In this document: one piece after another, positions 25,731-39,888 of the stretch
Numbering within the stretch: the first letter of the stretch is position 1
How the letters are laid out: each line of letters begins with the position of its first letter
Assembly (NCBI GenBank): GCA_003971905.1
Contig: RSEE01000009.1
Span: 1,054,001-1,118,000, forward strand
DNA from: Moniliella sp. 'wahieum'
Taxonomy: Eukaryota
DNA length: 64,000 bases
Direction: 5' to 3'
Made by a program: the position numbers and the translations under genes
Notes under the pieces: generated by a model
Told to the model about the DNA's origin: nothing
The model's input: only the letters and a program-made list of their open reading frames with translations
Databases searched by the model: none

Positions 25731-27357
25731 ATGGGAATTGACTAGTGACTAGTGACTGCGCGGGCGAGTGTGGCGAGGACGAGGACGAGGGGGGAGCACT
25801 GGGAGAGCACTAGTTACAAATCATATAGGCAGGACCTGCTGCCAGGACTGCAGGACCGGAGGTAACCGGTAACGCGGGACCGTGAGGCAGGACGCGCAAG
25901 CCTAGTCCCTAGCCTGTGTCACCCAGGTGGCATGCAGCATGCTACGCATATGCCCGCGCTACAGTACGATCGAGGGCGAGCATCGTACCAAGGGGTCGGG
26001 CTGGGTGGGGGCGGCGGTGGGTGTGGTGAAGTATCTAAGCGTGTGCGGCACACGTCTTGGTTGCAAGCGGTCGGCTGGGGTGGGCCAGGAGGTAGCGATG
26101 GTAGCGGCTGCGACGAGCCACATCGACCATGGATCATTGATCAGGTTCATCACATTAATCAGGTTAAACGTTGATCGATAATCACGGCTTGATTCGTTCG
26201 ATTCGTCTTGAAACATGTGACGTGTGGGGACTAATTAACGTGGAGGGTTGAAACCTCACTATATGGATCTGAGATGGGAGATGTGGGAATCGATGGACCG
26301 CCGCCAAAGCCCAACGCCACTTGCACTTAGGCACCACCTGCCTTGCGCTGACTGAGATCGGAGCGTCGTCGCATCCCCCGAACGATACATGGTGGGGTTC
26401 GAGGGCGGGTGTGGCCGGTGAGCGGGACGGGGACGCGTGATGCCGAGCGCACTGGATCGGGGGCGCAGATCGAAGTCACGTGGCGTCGTTCGCCGTGCAA
26501 GCGCCCACCCGCAGACGGCGGAGGCACCCTGGCCCACACTGGCCAGGTGCGGGGGTGGCACAATTGAAAAGCAGACCCCACGATCGGGCGAGCAGATCGG
26601 AGAGCAGCGCCCTGCAGCGCCCCGTCGTGCGTCCTGCCTGGCCTGCCTGGCCTGCCCGCAAGAGCAGGCAGAGCAGAACATACGCCCAGCATCCAGCATC
26701 CAGCATCCACCCCGCTCTCTCTCCCGGCGCTCTGCCCCATCGGACACCCTGTCCAGACGCCGTCGCCGTCTGTCTGCGCGCCATCGCCATCGCTGTTGCT
26801 GCCCACACCAGCCATCCTTCTTCCCACAACATCCACATTCGCCATTCGTCATCTCACGCCTCGTCCGCCGCATCCTCCGCCGCATCCTCCTCGCCTCCCT
26901 CTCGCCCCGTCGCCAGGGCTGGTGGACTAGCACCTCCTGCCTCCCCCCCTTCCCTCCCAGCGCTTCTCGAGCGCCGCTCCCCTGGCACCTCTCTCTCTTC
27001 TCTCCACCCTGCGGCCACGGTCACCACACTGACACCGGCCCCCTGCTCGCATCGTCTCTGCGGTAGCTTGAGCCTCGCCATCCCCCTCCGCCCCCATCCT
27101 CCGCGTCGCACACACGCCGTCATCCGCGCCTCCGATCTGCATTGTAGCGTGTTTGGGTACGTTGTTCGTCTGTCCGTGCCCCCGTGAAGTAGTGTGTGCG
27201 ATTGCTGACTGGCTTTGTCTTTCCCCATTCTCAGCTTCGTCATAATCGTTGTGCTTCTACTTGTGTCATTGCATCCAACTGCCTCGCCGTCTACTTGGGC
27301 TGTTTCACCGCTAGCCCACCTTTCCGTGCACTGCTGGACTCCAGTCTGCCGTTTCCC

Positions 27358-30300
27358 ATGGCTATGGACACTTCCATGGCCACCACCGAGGGCACGGTCG
27401 CCCGCAATGTGTACCACCAAGCCCTCAGCGCCGACGAGGCGTTCTCTTTGCTCACCGCGACCACATACGGGGGTATGCCCCATCATCCTGATACCATCCA
27501 TCCACATGCACCCGCTGCCTTTTCGGACGATCACAACGTGTTCCCCACCTCTTTGGTACCGCAAGTACCGCAATCGATGACACCCGGGATGCCCACGGTG
27601 ATGACCCACGTTGATCCTGACCTACCACCTGACTTTCACTTCAACCCGTCCCTGCTTGGCGTCTCCGAAGCTTACCCCAGGCCCATGAGTGTGGGTGAAC
27701 CACAGCAGCCACACCTAACCAATGGTCACGTTCATCCCCTGACCCTGGGACTATCTCAACTCAGTGCGCCTCCCAATGATCTCCCTTTGAAGCCGCTCGG
27801 TGCCATGATCGCACCCATACCGCTTCCCTGGCCCGCCCCCCGAACTCCCTGGAAGCCTCCTTTCCAGAGGGGCACATTCATGCTTCCGCACTGGACTCTA
27901 TCAGCATGCCGCAGCAGCCGTACGGTGCGACGGATACGTTCAATTCTTTCCATTCCACCTACGGGGCAGGCGGAGGGAGAGATAACCACCGATCCTCTGA
28001 CTTGCCGGATGCGCGTGCCCATCTCGGTCCTGCTCAGAGTACGTATGCAGATGTGGCTCGCCAGGGCCAAGGTCTTGCTGGGAAGGGAAAAGAACGTGTC
28101 GATGTCAATGGTTTTGGAACGAACCCACTTTCCCCTGGCGGCAACTGGGGTCCAACGGCGATCAAGTTGTTTCCAATTTTCCCAGCAACGCCCCTGCTCC
28201 TCTCCAGACCAGCCAGGACCGTCTTAGGTCGAGCGATTCCTCCCGCAGGGATACCGATATGCACATCGCGCCTTCCCACCCTGCACGTCTCCTCTTTGGA
28301 GCAACAACAGCGTGCTCGCCAAGAGCAGCATATCTTCCATCCTCCTCATGCCTACCACCCTCACCAGCATGCTTTCCAGCAACAGCGAGGAGGCAATCGG
28401 GAACGCCCAAGCCCCACTTCAAACTACCATGCCAGAGTCATGGAGCACCATTCAGCCTGGTTGCGAGCACGGAACCATGGACTGCATTCTTCTCATGTAT
28501 TGCATGACAAGGGTAGTGGTCAAGGGATACAAGCTACTTCCGACGCTCTTGCTGACGGGTACGATTCGATGGATGGTCATCTGGAGAGCCATGATGGTGT
28601 GGGATCCACCGATGATGGCTACACCTCTCTCGGAGGCCACCTTGACCACCATACAGTCGAAAGCGGGCGTTCCCAAGTGGGTCGCATCTCTGGTCGCTTT
28701 AGCTCTGGCCCTCCGTCTGCATCCTACTCCACAGGATCAGCGCCCCTGAGCTGAACAAGTTGGCTGGCTCGACCTCGCAGGCGCACGGTGACGGTACTCA
28801 ACCGCACGGCGTCCACACGGTTGTTCCGATGAGCAAACCAGCCAACCGGTCTTCCATGACCCTACAAGAGCGGCGCAAACTCACGCGGCTGCGGGAGGCT
28901 CGGTCCCGTTTGCAACGTTCGATACAGGATCGCAACTCACTCCAGGGTGCACCAGGACCTGCTCCTACGGTATCAGGTTCCACTACTACTGTACCCGGGG
29001 CGTCTGTACCACAAACTTCTGGCCATGACCAAAGCAAGTCTTCTGTCCCGATGGATCCTGCTGCTACATTTATGCCGGCCCTTCCATCGAACTGGGGAAT
29101 GGTATCCAGCTCGCCTTCTGTTCCTGCCTCCTCTTCCTCTCTTGCGCCTCCGGCGCCCAGCACCCGTCCCTTGAGCGCCCTCCCCAACCAAGTCAATGGC
29201 CTCAGCAGTACCACTTCTGACCCGTTTCCTTGCTCATTCGCCAGTTACCACCGAAGCCCGATCCCAACTCTCCCAACTTGCGAATGGCTCGACGGTACGC
29301 TGCGGTTCGCCCTCCCAGCCTATTCCGGATGCCTCCGTGCCTGTTCGACATGACGCACCGCAGGCTTCGACCAAGGCACCTCTACCTCCCCCGCCTGCTC
29401 CGGAGCATGGCTGGGCGTCCGTCGTGCCCCCCCGAGCGCCTACTGAATCTGTGTCCATGATGGCTTACAGCTCCACTGGATTTGATATGCTCTCTGCCCT
29501 GCTCCGCGTCGCCTCGCGGCCCAATCCAGTCATCAATCTTAGGCCGGTCGACTTGTCGGCCGCGTTCACCGTGGCTGATATTAGTCTACCGGACCAGCCT
29601 ATTGTGTATTGCAGCGACACCTTTCTCCGTTTGACGCAGTACGAACGGGAGGAAGTGTTGGGGCTCAACTGCCGTTTCCTTCAGAGTCCCAATGGCATCC
29701 TGGCCAAGGGACAGCCGCGCACCCACACGGATGAGGCGGCAGTGGCGCACTTGGCACGCCACATGGCGACTCTTACTGAGTGCCAAGCTAGCCTGATCAA
29801 CTACCGCAAAGGTGGCCAACCGTTCCTCAACCTCGTCTCGCTCGTTCCCATTCCTTGGGGCGCCAATTCAGAAATCAAGTACGTGGTCGGCTTCCAAGTC
29901 GATTTGGCCGCACAACCGGGTGCCGTATTGGAACCAACGCCTTCGGGCGCTTTGGCGCTCACGTACCGCCCGCCTGATCTGGCGGGACAGAGTAACCCGA
30001 TCAGCACCTCGGACAAAGACTTTCGTCTGCCTCCCAAAGGTGCCTATTCCTCCGTCGTTAGTCCAACGACCGTGGCGGGCCCGTGGAATGCAGCGGGACC
30101 GACACTTGATCAGTCGCTGCCGGTGCCTGAGACGCTCTATCGCTCTCATCACCCTACTCCGCAACAAATGGAGAATGCAAGGGCCGTCCTGCATTCGCTC
30201 TACCCTTCCTCCCCCAGTTCCGACGAGAGTGCCGAGCCGTCAGCTACTGGCATTGTCGCCTCTTGTCGCAAGTCCGACTGGGCTCCCGTCGTACTAGCCA

Positions 30301-32433
30301 ACTTCCAGACATTGTGTACGTCTTGTCGCTTAAAGGCACCATCCTGTATGTTTCCCCCTCGGTGGAACGGATTGGGGGGTGGAAACCGGCCGAGATGGCA
30401 GGCCGGTCGTTGGGCGAGTTTATGCATCCAGCCGATGTGGTCCCCGTGTTTCGTGAGCTGAAAGATTCCACCCCCCGCCGCCATCCAGGCTGCGATGCGA
30501 GCCGGGCAGGCCAAGATGAACGCCAGTCGGGCCCATTCGCAGCGGCAAGAGCAGGGCGGGCAGTTACCTCCTCGAGCTCCGGTTGAATCTTCGTCGCCAT
30601 CCGAATCGGATACCCAACGCAACCGAAAAGCAGAGATGGTTCCCCGGGCCAAGGAGCCTGGGCCTGGGACTGGGCCTGCGGCCGGTCAAGGTGCGAGCAA
30701 AAGGGAAGAAGGTCCAGGGCTGGGCGCGACGCGTCCCGTTCCCTTTGGTCGTTGGGCCGCGCCCACGGTTCATCTCCTGTTCCGCATTCGGGTCAAGGAT
30801 ACTGCGCAGCACCGCTGGATCGAGTCAACGGGACGGATGCATATTGAGCAGGGCAAAGGACGCAAAGTCGTCGTTGCTTCCGCTCGGCCCCGCGCTGTGC
30901 ATTATCTCTCCACTCAAGCTCTTGCCACGGCCATCAGCTCTTCTGGACCAAGCTTCTGGGTCCGTATGAGCAAAGACACGGGCATCTTTTTGTCGGTCAC
31001 CCCTCCCGTTGTTCATCTCCTTGGCATCACAGCCCACCAGCTAACAGGGTCGTCGGTCAAAGATTTGACCAGTCCCCAGGGCGCTGCCGCGCTCCTGGCT
31101 GCGCTTCATGCTCCTCAACCGGCCCTTGTCAAGCACACGTTGAGGGACAGCATGGGCCATCTCACCCCTGTTCTCACCCACCTCTATCCCACTACCCTGC
31201 CTCCCCACCTACCTAAGGAGGCTGGCACTATTCCCTCTGACGGCCCACGGTGCTCGTGGGTACACGTTGGCAAGGTACCGCCCAATGTGACACTAGAGGA
31301 GAATGTGGTATACACGACTGATACGCTGGATGCAGCCGGAAGGGTTGCTGTCCACGTTGGACGGGCGGGAGACCAATGTGTTTGCCGAGCTGGACCCGCA
31401 ACGGACCGCGAGCTGGCAATACGAGCTGCATCAGCTCAAGCACCTCAACAAGCGCCTGCGACAACACTTTCAACTTGCCTATACACGAAGCAAGAGCCAA
31501 GCCGGCCCAAGCTCGGCCAGACCCACGTCCAGGCCCAGGGCTGGCCTCAGACCCAACGGCGCGGGAGGAACAGGAGGAATGGAACTTGGCTTCCTCGTCG
31601 TTCGCGTTGAACCCATGACGGATGTGGCCCAGGTACCGCGTCCCACCGCCACTGGACGTACGACATGCTTGCTTCGACCAGCAATGCAGGACATGATGTA
31701 CCCTTCTTCCTTCCCCCATGCTCCTGACCATGACCACGATTCCCCCTCCCAGTCCTCCGCAGGCGACCGCAACACCCCCGTCGACCGACTGTTTGCTGGC
31801 AATCCGCGCAATGGCCAACGTGACGTCCCGCCCCGGTCTCGCTCGGTGTCTCGCGCCGGGTCGGGATCGGGAGATGGGTCGGGAGATGGGACGGAGTCGG
31901 GGTCCGGGTCTGGGTCTGGGTCAGTGCCAAACCCAAGGCCAGGCGTAGAAGGAGAAGCAGGCACGGCCACGGCCACGGCCACGGCCACAGGTGCAGGCAT
32001 AGGCCCAGGAACAAGCTCAAGTGCCGGATCAGGCGCCGGGTCCGCATCTGCATCCGCATCCAGATCTGGGTCTGGGTCCGCATCCGCATCGGGCGCACCA
32101 ACCACCAGCTCTGCCACCGACGCTACCTCTTCCACGGGTGCGACAAGCGCGGGCGAAGTGGTTCCGCGTGCGCGACGGTCGATGTTGCAAGGTTCGCCGG
32201 GCAACACGTTGCTCAACAGCGGGACGAGCCTGTTGAGCGGGGACGGTGCATGTGATGCGTCGTCGCTCTATGGTGCTTGTGCGGGTGCGGGCGCGGGCGA
32301 AGAGGGGCGCAAGCGCCCCAGTGGCCGGATCCGCAGGTCTGGATGGGACGCACCACCTGGAACAAGAGGTCCCGCGTGCCCGGGACGGGGGGGTGACTCG
32401 GGCGATTCAGGTGACCGGTCGGAGTCGGGGTGA
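27358..32433 (+). CDS. WC-1: White Collar-1 blue-light receptor (LOV + PAS-B + PAS-C, no GATA zinc finger seen)
   Basis: YSSTGFDMLSALLRVASRPNP N-cap; GLNCRFLQ with photoactive Cys at 29670-29672; VLSLKGTILYVSPS...HPADVVPVFRELKD; EQGKGRK; NVFAELDPQRTASWQYELHQL; probable 5'-UTR intron 27157-27234. Confidence 0.95.
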
Positions 32434-33005
32434 GTGAAAAGATGGGGTGGCAATGCACATGATATGTGGCTTGAGCTAAAGCTGGAGGCTGGAAGCTGAA
32501 AGGAGGAGGATAGGACGGAGATGGAGATGGGGAGATATGATGTGGATGATTGACATAGCGCATGGAGGGCCAATTGAATATTGACGGGAGCAGACGTGGA
32601 CCCAGGTATGATCTCGATGATCACATGGATCACATTTATCACTCTGATCACCGGAGTCACCTCGGTGATGATCATGCACCGAGTTTATTGTTTTGCTGTC
32701 TCAGGGCGGAGAGGATCAGCGCGCGCCCCACGGCCGATCCCCCAGCGGTCTGCACACTGGCGCTGTGCCTGTGCCCCGCCGCCATTGGACCCCCTGCGGG
32801 CTGGCCCAGACGAGATGTCGACGTCCGCTGCAGCTAGGAGCTCCTGCCCGCCGCCCCTCTCATCACCACCACCTCCTCCGCCGCCACACCGCCACCACCG
32901 CCACCACCACCACCACCACCACCACCAGCCCCCATCCTCCATGGCTGCTGCCTCCGCTGCCGCCGCTGCCACACCCACAGCGCACACGCGCACCGCCCCA
33001 GTGCC

Positions 33006-35908
33006 ATGTCGCTCGACGATGTCGAGTGGGCCCCACCTTCGTCCCCGTCCCGCACCCCCACGAGCCAGGTGCGCGACAGCTACAGCACCAACTGCAGCAA
33101 CCACCAGCACAGCCGGGTTTACCAGCTGGCACACCAGTTCCACTCTCGACAGCGTCGGACGCAGCTCCTTTGCCAGCGCCCTTCTGCTGAGCGAGCCCCT
33201 CTCTCCCGACACCATCACTGGCCGGCCGACTGGACCTCTGCTGCCCGTCGGACCACACCCACCACACCCCCCATCTACCGACATGACCCACCATACCCAC
33301 CATACCCAGTCCTCAGGCGCAGATCCGTTTCGCTTTGCCCTGCCCGATCTCCATGCGCCGCCTGATACGCCTACTGCCTCAGCTTCCGAACCTGTCAGTC
33401 ACGACCAAGCCATTTCTTCCCACGACGCCGACGAGAGCAGACAAGAGACCGACACTGAGACCGAGACTGAAACCGAGACTGAAACCGAGGCTGGAGCCCA
33501 TACGCCTGGTCCCCACCCGGGCCCAGCACGTCCCACTGCTTGGGGTGCGTATTTTTGGGCGGTAGTGACCGACCCAGTGACTGGGGAACCTTTCTTTGCC
33601 AATCCCACACAGGTGAGTGTCGATGGCAAGTTCCAGCTGGCACCCTTGTTCTTCCCCCTCCCAAGGAGGGAGCTTGGCTCGAATTCTTTGACAGCGCTCT
33701 GGCCCGGCCTTATTTCCACAACACCATCTCCCAGGCGACTCAGTGGGACCGTCCTAATGGTCTGATCATCCCATGACTGCTGTGCAGGAATCAACCATCC
33801 CTGCCCTGTCCCTGACACCCACCAAAGCTAAGCGTTTCTCTCTCCTTTCTCCGCAGTGCGAAAAAATCGCCCCGCCCTCTCCCGCCGAAAACCATCAGCA
33901 ATGAGCAAGGCCCGCATGCCGCGGCCGCGCCGCGAGTCCGCTCCCAGTCCTCATCGTCGACATGCTCGCCGAGTTCGACCTGCAGAAAAGGAGGTACTTC
34001 CTTCGACTGAACTCGCCTCCCATGTTGCCAACGCGATGCTACACGCACCTCCTAGGGCTTCGCCAACTTACTCCTCTTCATCGCCTTCCCCATCGATTTC
34101 TCCATCAGCATCTTCGCCCATACGGCACCAGCCTCCGTACCTACTACAGCACCCACCGCACCTTCGGCCTTGAGTTCGCTTTCTTCCCCTGTATCCTCGT
34201 CTCCCCATCCTCGTGCCCCCAAGGCCATGGGCGGCACCCTCCAATGGGCTACGTATGCAGCAGAAAAATTCTCTTCGCAACGCGGGGGATTTTGCGCTTG
34301 GGGCGCAAGATTCCGTTGGACCGACTCCAAGCGTGGCAACGTGACCCCATTTCTTCACCCCTGTTGGAGTCAACGGCACGAACTAACGTTCGAGAGGCAG
34401 TGACCATCTTTAAGATCATCTTGCGCGTCTGCGGAGACAGAGCTGCACCCGTACTCTCCTCAAGCACAGTATTGGATGAGCTGCAGTGGGTCGTCGACAA
34501 GGGTCTGATGCATGCTGGGTTGCGGGACGAAGTGGTGCGTACTTACCTTCCTTTCCTTTTGTCCTTCTTAACAGGATGATGTGCTAACCGTGTCATCGCT
34601 CTAGTTTGTCCAATTGATCAAGCAACTCACCAACAATCCCAGTGCCGACGGTCGCTTTCGCGGATGGCAAATGTTATGCGCGGTGCTCATCACGGGTTTC
34701 CCCCCCTCAGATGAACTTCAAGGTCCATTGGAGTCGTGGATTGAGGAGCGACGGGAATTACTTCACCCTCGGTGGAACATCCAGAGCGAGAAAACGATGT
34801 GATCGTGACCGTCATGACCGCCTGTACCACTGGCTTAAGGCAGCCACACATCGCGGTGCTCGGATGGAAGCACCAAGCATTGAGGATGTCGTTGCTGCCT
34901 TGGAAAGTCCCTTCAATCCCTGCGTGTTGGTTTGGGCCTTGACAAGGCCATGGCAGTCCAGGCAGCTGCTTACCCTCTTGCCCAAGTTCCCGTCGTTCTC
35001 TCCTTCTGTGCCGACGCGATGCTCGCCCTCGACGCACCCCGAACCAAAGGCATGTGGCTACGTACCCCCGATTCTACCACGGTTCAGGCCTTATCACATC
35101 GCATTGATCGTGGCACGTACGCCCTGGCGGGACTGCCATCCGATCCCTCTTTACCAGCATGCGTACTCATGTCGTACCTGGCCCAACTCGTTCCTTGTTG
35201 CTGCCACCATCCTTGATCCCCGAAACAGTGCCTGCGTCGCACGCATCCTTGGTCCGACTCTTGCGGCCGCTGGATCCGCTCCCGCGCCGGGTATTTCTTT
35301 TCATCCTTAGCTTTCTTCAAGTATTTTGTACGCCCGAGTCGGTCGCTGCAACGGGAGTTCCGCCAGCCAGGATGGCAGCATGCTTTGCGCCAGTTTTGTT
35401 TGGCGCAAGGATGCCTGGGAGACCATCTCGAATGCCCGGTCGAACCAATCAAGCCGGTCACGCGAAGCCTCCTTCCTAACCTCTTGTTTGCTCCACTTGG
35501 ATTGCACCCGGGTTTGACCCGGAGTACATCCCTTCCCACGGCCGCGGACCCGAACAAGTCGATCCCGATTCGGCAACGGAAGAGATCCTTCCTCCGGCTA
35601 CCATCTCCCCCCGGGCGCGGGCGGATCCGGCGGAACAGTTTGTCTCTTACCCTGTTGCTTCGCCGCCTTCCTTGGCGCCCGCTCTGTTGGTCGAGTCGGC
35701 CACATCGGAAGACGATATGGGCGAGGTGGGCAGTCCCGACCTCGAACTTTCTGATCCTGGATTCGACTATGAACTACAATCGGCTGCTCAATCCGCACGG
35801 ACCTCCCGCTTGATTCTCAATGGCATCAATGGTCTCCCCACCCTCGCTTCGGCACTCGCGCCTATCACGGCGACTGCGGATTCCCTCCCTGCACTTCATG
35901 CACTGTGA
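33006..35908 (+). CDS. WW-WW-MyTH4-RhoGAP protein (ARHGAP39/Vilse-like architecture)
   Basis: WW-like FWAVVTDPVTGEPFFAN..TGECRW and WLEFFD..RPYFHNTISQATQWDRP; MyTH4 LRDEV..QLIKQLTNNPS..RGWQML..FPPS; RhoGAP-like VPVVLSFCADAML..FAPVL. Confidence 0.85.
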
Positions 35909-36367
35909 CATGTGTGCATGATGCATGATGCATCCACCTGTCCTTGTCTTTTGAACCCCCCCCGTTCCTCATTATCATCCCACGCATCCTCCTCTCCATC
36001 TCTGTTTCTATCTCTCTCTTTACCTCTCTTTCTATGCCACTCGCTCCCACCCTCTCGCCCTCTCCCTCATTCGCCCTCTCTCTCGCAACCCCCGCTCCGG
36101 ATCTGGTTTGTCCCATCCTTCGGAACCCATCCTCATCACACAGTAACCAGTTTGACAAGAATACAGCTTCGGTATCTACACAACAGATCAGGGCAGGTAG
36201 GGGGGAGGTCAGAGGTCAGGGTCAGGAGGCGAGGGGCGAGGGTGTACAATACAGCATCAAACAACACTAAAACAGTGGTGTCAAAACAAAACAAAAAACG
36301 TAACACAAAAAAGGAGAGAAAGCGACTAGGACTGTAGTAGTGGGTGGAGGGAGAGGATGGGTGGGTA

Positions 36368-38005
36368 CTAGTGGTACGCAAAGTTAAGGGAGACGACAGA
36401 GCCGTTAAGCGTCAAGCATTGACGGTAGAGCCCTTGCCAGGTGTGGTGCGTGCACGCCGTCGACTCGAAGGAAGGCTATGCACACGAAGGTGCTGATGAA
36501 GATTATCGTGACGGGCAAAGCTCTTGAAGCAGCCATGGTGGGGACAAGTATAAGCTGCAAACGTAAGTGCCCCCTTTGTTAGTCAACCCTTGGAGCGAGA
36601 GAGAAACGAGAGAAACAAGGTACAGGACACAGGAACACAGGAGGACAGGAGCAAAAGGACTAGAGAGGGAGACGTACGACGAGCAGTAGAATGGAGCGAA
36701 CGTAGATGCCGATGCAAATGTTCCGCCCGACGAAAGAGTTTGCGACAATCGGGTACATGACATGCCCATACCCTCCCCCCCTTGCCCACCTTGCCACGCG
36801 ACACCATCTCCTCCACCGTCGTTGGCACCGACCTGCCATGGGTCGGACGGCCCTCATACACTCCCACCGCATGCACATCCACCGTCTGGGGAGCCGGAGC
36901 CAATTGTACCTCTGGCGCCGGTGGGTTGGGAGCCAGCGAAGGAGCTGGATCGACTTGCCAGCTTACTGCGTTCGTCTCCTCGTGCTGCGGTGGAGGATCG
37001 CGCAAGCCGTCGCAATCGATCAGGTCCGAAAGGGAAAAGATAGAGGAAGCGTCCCACACATCCGCCGAAGAGAGAAACGGGTCAAGAGGGGGCTCAAAAC
37101 AGAGTGCTGGCGGTGGGTTCACGTCTTGGGCAGTGGGTAGACCCGACCCGTAGGAACTCGCACCTGACCGCTCGGCCGGGGTGGGTAGGCATGCAGTAGC
37201 GCTAGGGGAGAAGGCGGACGTAGCGGACGAGGGGGGCAGAGGTGAAGGCGCACAGGAGGATGGCTGGTACGCCATGGATAAACTGCTTGAACCGTAGGAC
37301 AAGGGTGGGGTGGGGTGGGGTTGGGGCTGCGCAGGTGAGCGCGGGGGCAGGTGCGGGTGTTGATGGCCAGAAGTGAGAAAAGGTTTGGGAAAGCCCCATG
37401 ACGAGGGCATAGACAAGGAAAGAGGGTCATCGTTCGTCAAAGAGAGAGATGGAAGGGACGAGCCCAGGAGGGCAGGCGAGGCGCATGGGGCAGAGAGGGA
37501 AAGGCTCGAGAGGTTGAGGGCCGGACTGTCAGTGGACGACAGGGCGGATGAGTGGGAGTACAAATGATTGGCACTCTGTGACGACAGGGAGGGGGTATGA
37601 GGAGAGGTGATTGAGGGGGAAAGAAAATGGGGTACGACCGGACGTGGCAGTGGTTCAGAGCTGCTCATCAACGCCGACTGGTCCGTGGGCGGAGTGGGGA
37701 AGGGAGCCTGGTAAAGCCACGACGAGGGGGGCGGGCGTGGGAGGTGGTTTTGTGAGTTGATCTGCGGTGAGGGCAGGACTTGGTCCAGTTCAGACAGGTC
37801 TAGCATGCTGGACGACTGGTCGAAGCCGCCGGCGTTACCGCTATAGTCGGGTTTGGGCGACGGGGACTACCACGGTGAGTGGCGACGGCTGGGGGCGCGT
37901 CGGACCTTGTGGCATGGAGAGCAAGAGCGACAGGGTTGACGGCTTTGCTTCTTTCGCGGGGGCCGACGGTGTGTCGGATGGCGGAGCGGGGGCGAGCGGG
38001 GGCAT
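36368..38005 (-). CDS. Two-finger C2H2 transcription factor, Msn2/Seb1-like fingers
   Basis: WACHVPDCRKLFRRAEHLHRHLRSLH, intron 36555-36677, then PYTCPHHGCFKSFARHDNLHQHLRVH; start at 38005 or 37806. Confidence 0.88.
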
Positions 38006-39888
38006 GAGGCTAGCGGGGGAGGCAGCGGAGAGGGAGGCGCACGGGTGGCACGGATGTTGGGCGAACACGCAGACAGGCAGCCGCACTCATATTCCCTGAC
38101 AGGCGGGAGTGCGGGCGGTGAATATTTATATGTGCGACAGTGGCCTGCGGTTGGAGAAGGGGAAAGGCGATTGGCGATTGGCGATGGGTGTGCCTGGGTT
38201 GTCTGGGCCTGCCGCGCCCTGTGCTGCCCTGCCTGGCCAGTCGCGGTGCGGGGCGGGGAAGGGGGGCAGTCTGCGGCAGTGGAAAGCCACGGTGACGTCA
38301 CAGGGACCAGCGCGGCGCAAGTGCTGGGCAGCGCTCGTAACGCGCGCTGCCACCGCCATGCGCTCCTCCCGGCTGCTCCACTGCCGGCCCAGCGCGCCTG
38401 GGGCGGGCGAGGCGGAACGCGTGGTCACTGACAAGAACACACAACGATGACCGGCGGCCGGCGACCCTATATAGTCCGTTGCGCGACGGATATCCACGCG
38501 CCCAGTCTTCTGTGGCGCCCTGCTGCCTACTGCCCGCCAAAGCAGCCGTTCCCCCTTTCCCATCCACCACCTCCATTTCCCCTTTTCTCAACAGCGCCAA
38601 CGTCGGCTCCCTTCGCCCTTTCCCCTTATCCCTACTACTGTCATCCCTTGCCTCAACCTTTTTCTATTAATCTTTGCACGTTGGCAACATGGCGACGCAT
38701 TACAGCTGTGAACGATGTGGGTCCGTGGAGGCCGGGCACTGCAGGCACAAAGACATCATATGCTATTGCCCATTTTATGGAGCAGCCCCTGTGTTTTCTC
38801 CTCTTTGCACAACCTCAGGGAGACTTGCAGCAACACGGTTGCAGCCAAGCGTGTGAACGGGAAACATGCTGGTCGGTATGATCGTGCGCGGTGACAGTGC
38901 AGAGCTCACGCGCGACACGATTAGGTTGGGACGCCTGGAACGGTCTCCGCAAAATGCTTCTCATATCCCCTTCTCTGTGGTGAGAAAGCCTCAACATTTA
39001 CATAGAGAGAGACAGAATCGGTAGCAATAAGTTCTCTGTCGGACCTTCCGAACTAAGTTTCTCTGCGCGAGACAACATGATCTTTTTCACACATGCTTGA
39101 CGGGGTTTTCAGGGTGGAGATGGACCGCACAATGCCGCGGAGCATTTGGCCAGGGTCCTAAAGCCAGTGAGAAGTAGCGTAGTCTGTCGTTGATGTTGAC
39201 ATCCAACAAAGCCCCTTCGGTCCATCAGCTTGCATGTGGCTGTCTGGAAGGCGTTTTGCACCGCCATAGTCCCAATATGTATGACGCAGATATACACCTA
39301 CCCACGCTTTTCTTCACTTATTCGCTTATGTTTGATTCCCCCGCACGAACAGCCCGAAACATCTTCTTATCCCGTCAAGCTAATATACGCATAATTCTTT
39401 TTCTCCACAGTAGTCCATTCCTTTTATTTCATCCAAACTGTGGACCGTACTTTCCCCTTGAGGAACTTTTGAGTTCTTGTTTGTTAGAGTAACTAAGTTT
39501 GTTATAGACGGTGAGCCCACTCATCGGTGAGCAGTAGTGTATACCGTGAAGAAAGGGAGAGGAAAAATTCCACACCAAGCCACAGAGAAATGGACTCGTA
39601 ACGAATACTGGGTTGTGGACGGTAGAGGCCCAGAAGGGTATAGAGACTCTGGGACTTTGTAAGTTGCCAGTGGTTAGCGTTTGACATCATCCTTCAAGCT
39701 TCATTATGGGTGAACACACCTAGATCGCAGCGACAAAATATGCAAGCGTACTTGGTCGCCCAGCGCAAAATGTTTAACGCTTAACCCCCCCTCCCCTTTT
39801 TGTAGTAACGATAGCAAGGGGCCATGTGTTGTGCCACCAGTTAAAGCTCTCTGTCTAAGCACATGAATCACAAATCACATGCTAGTAT

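Noticed and set aside
12103..33818. Numerous long antisense and overlapping ORFs
   Set aside because: Expected in high-GC, low-complexity sequence with few stop codons; none shows domain signatures.
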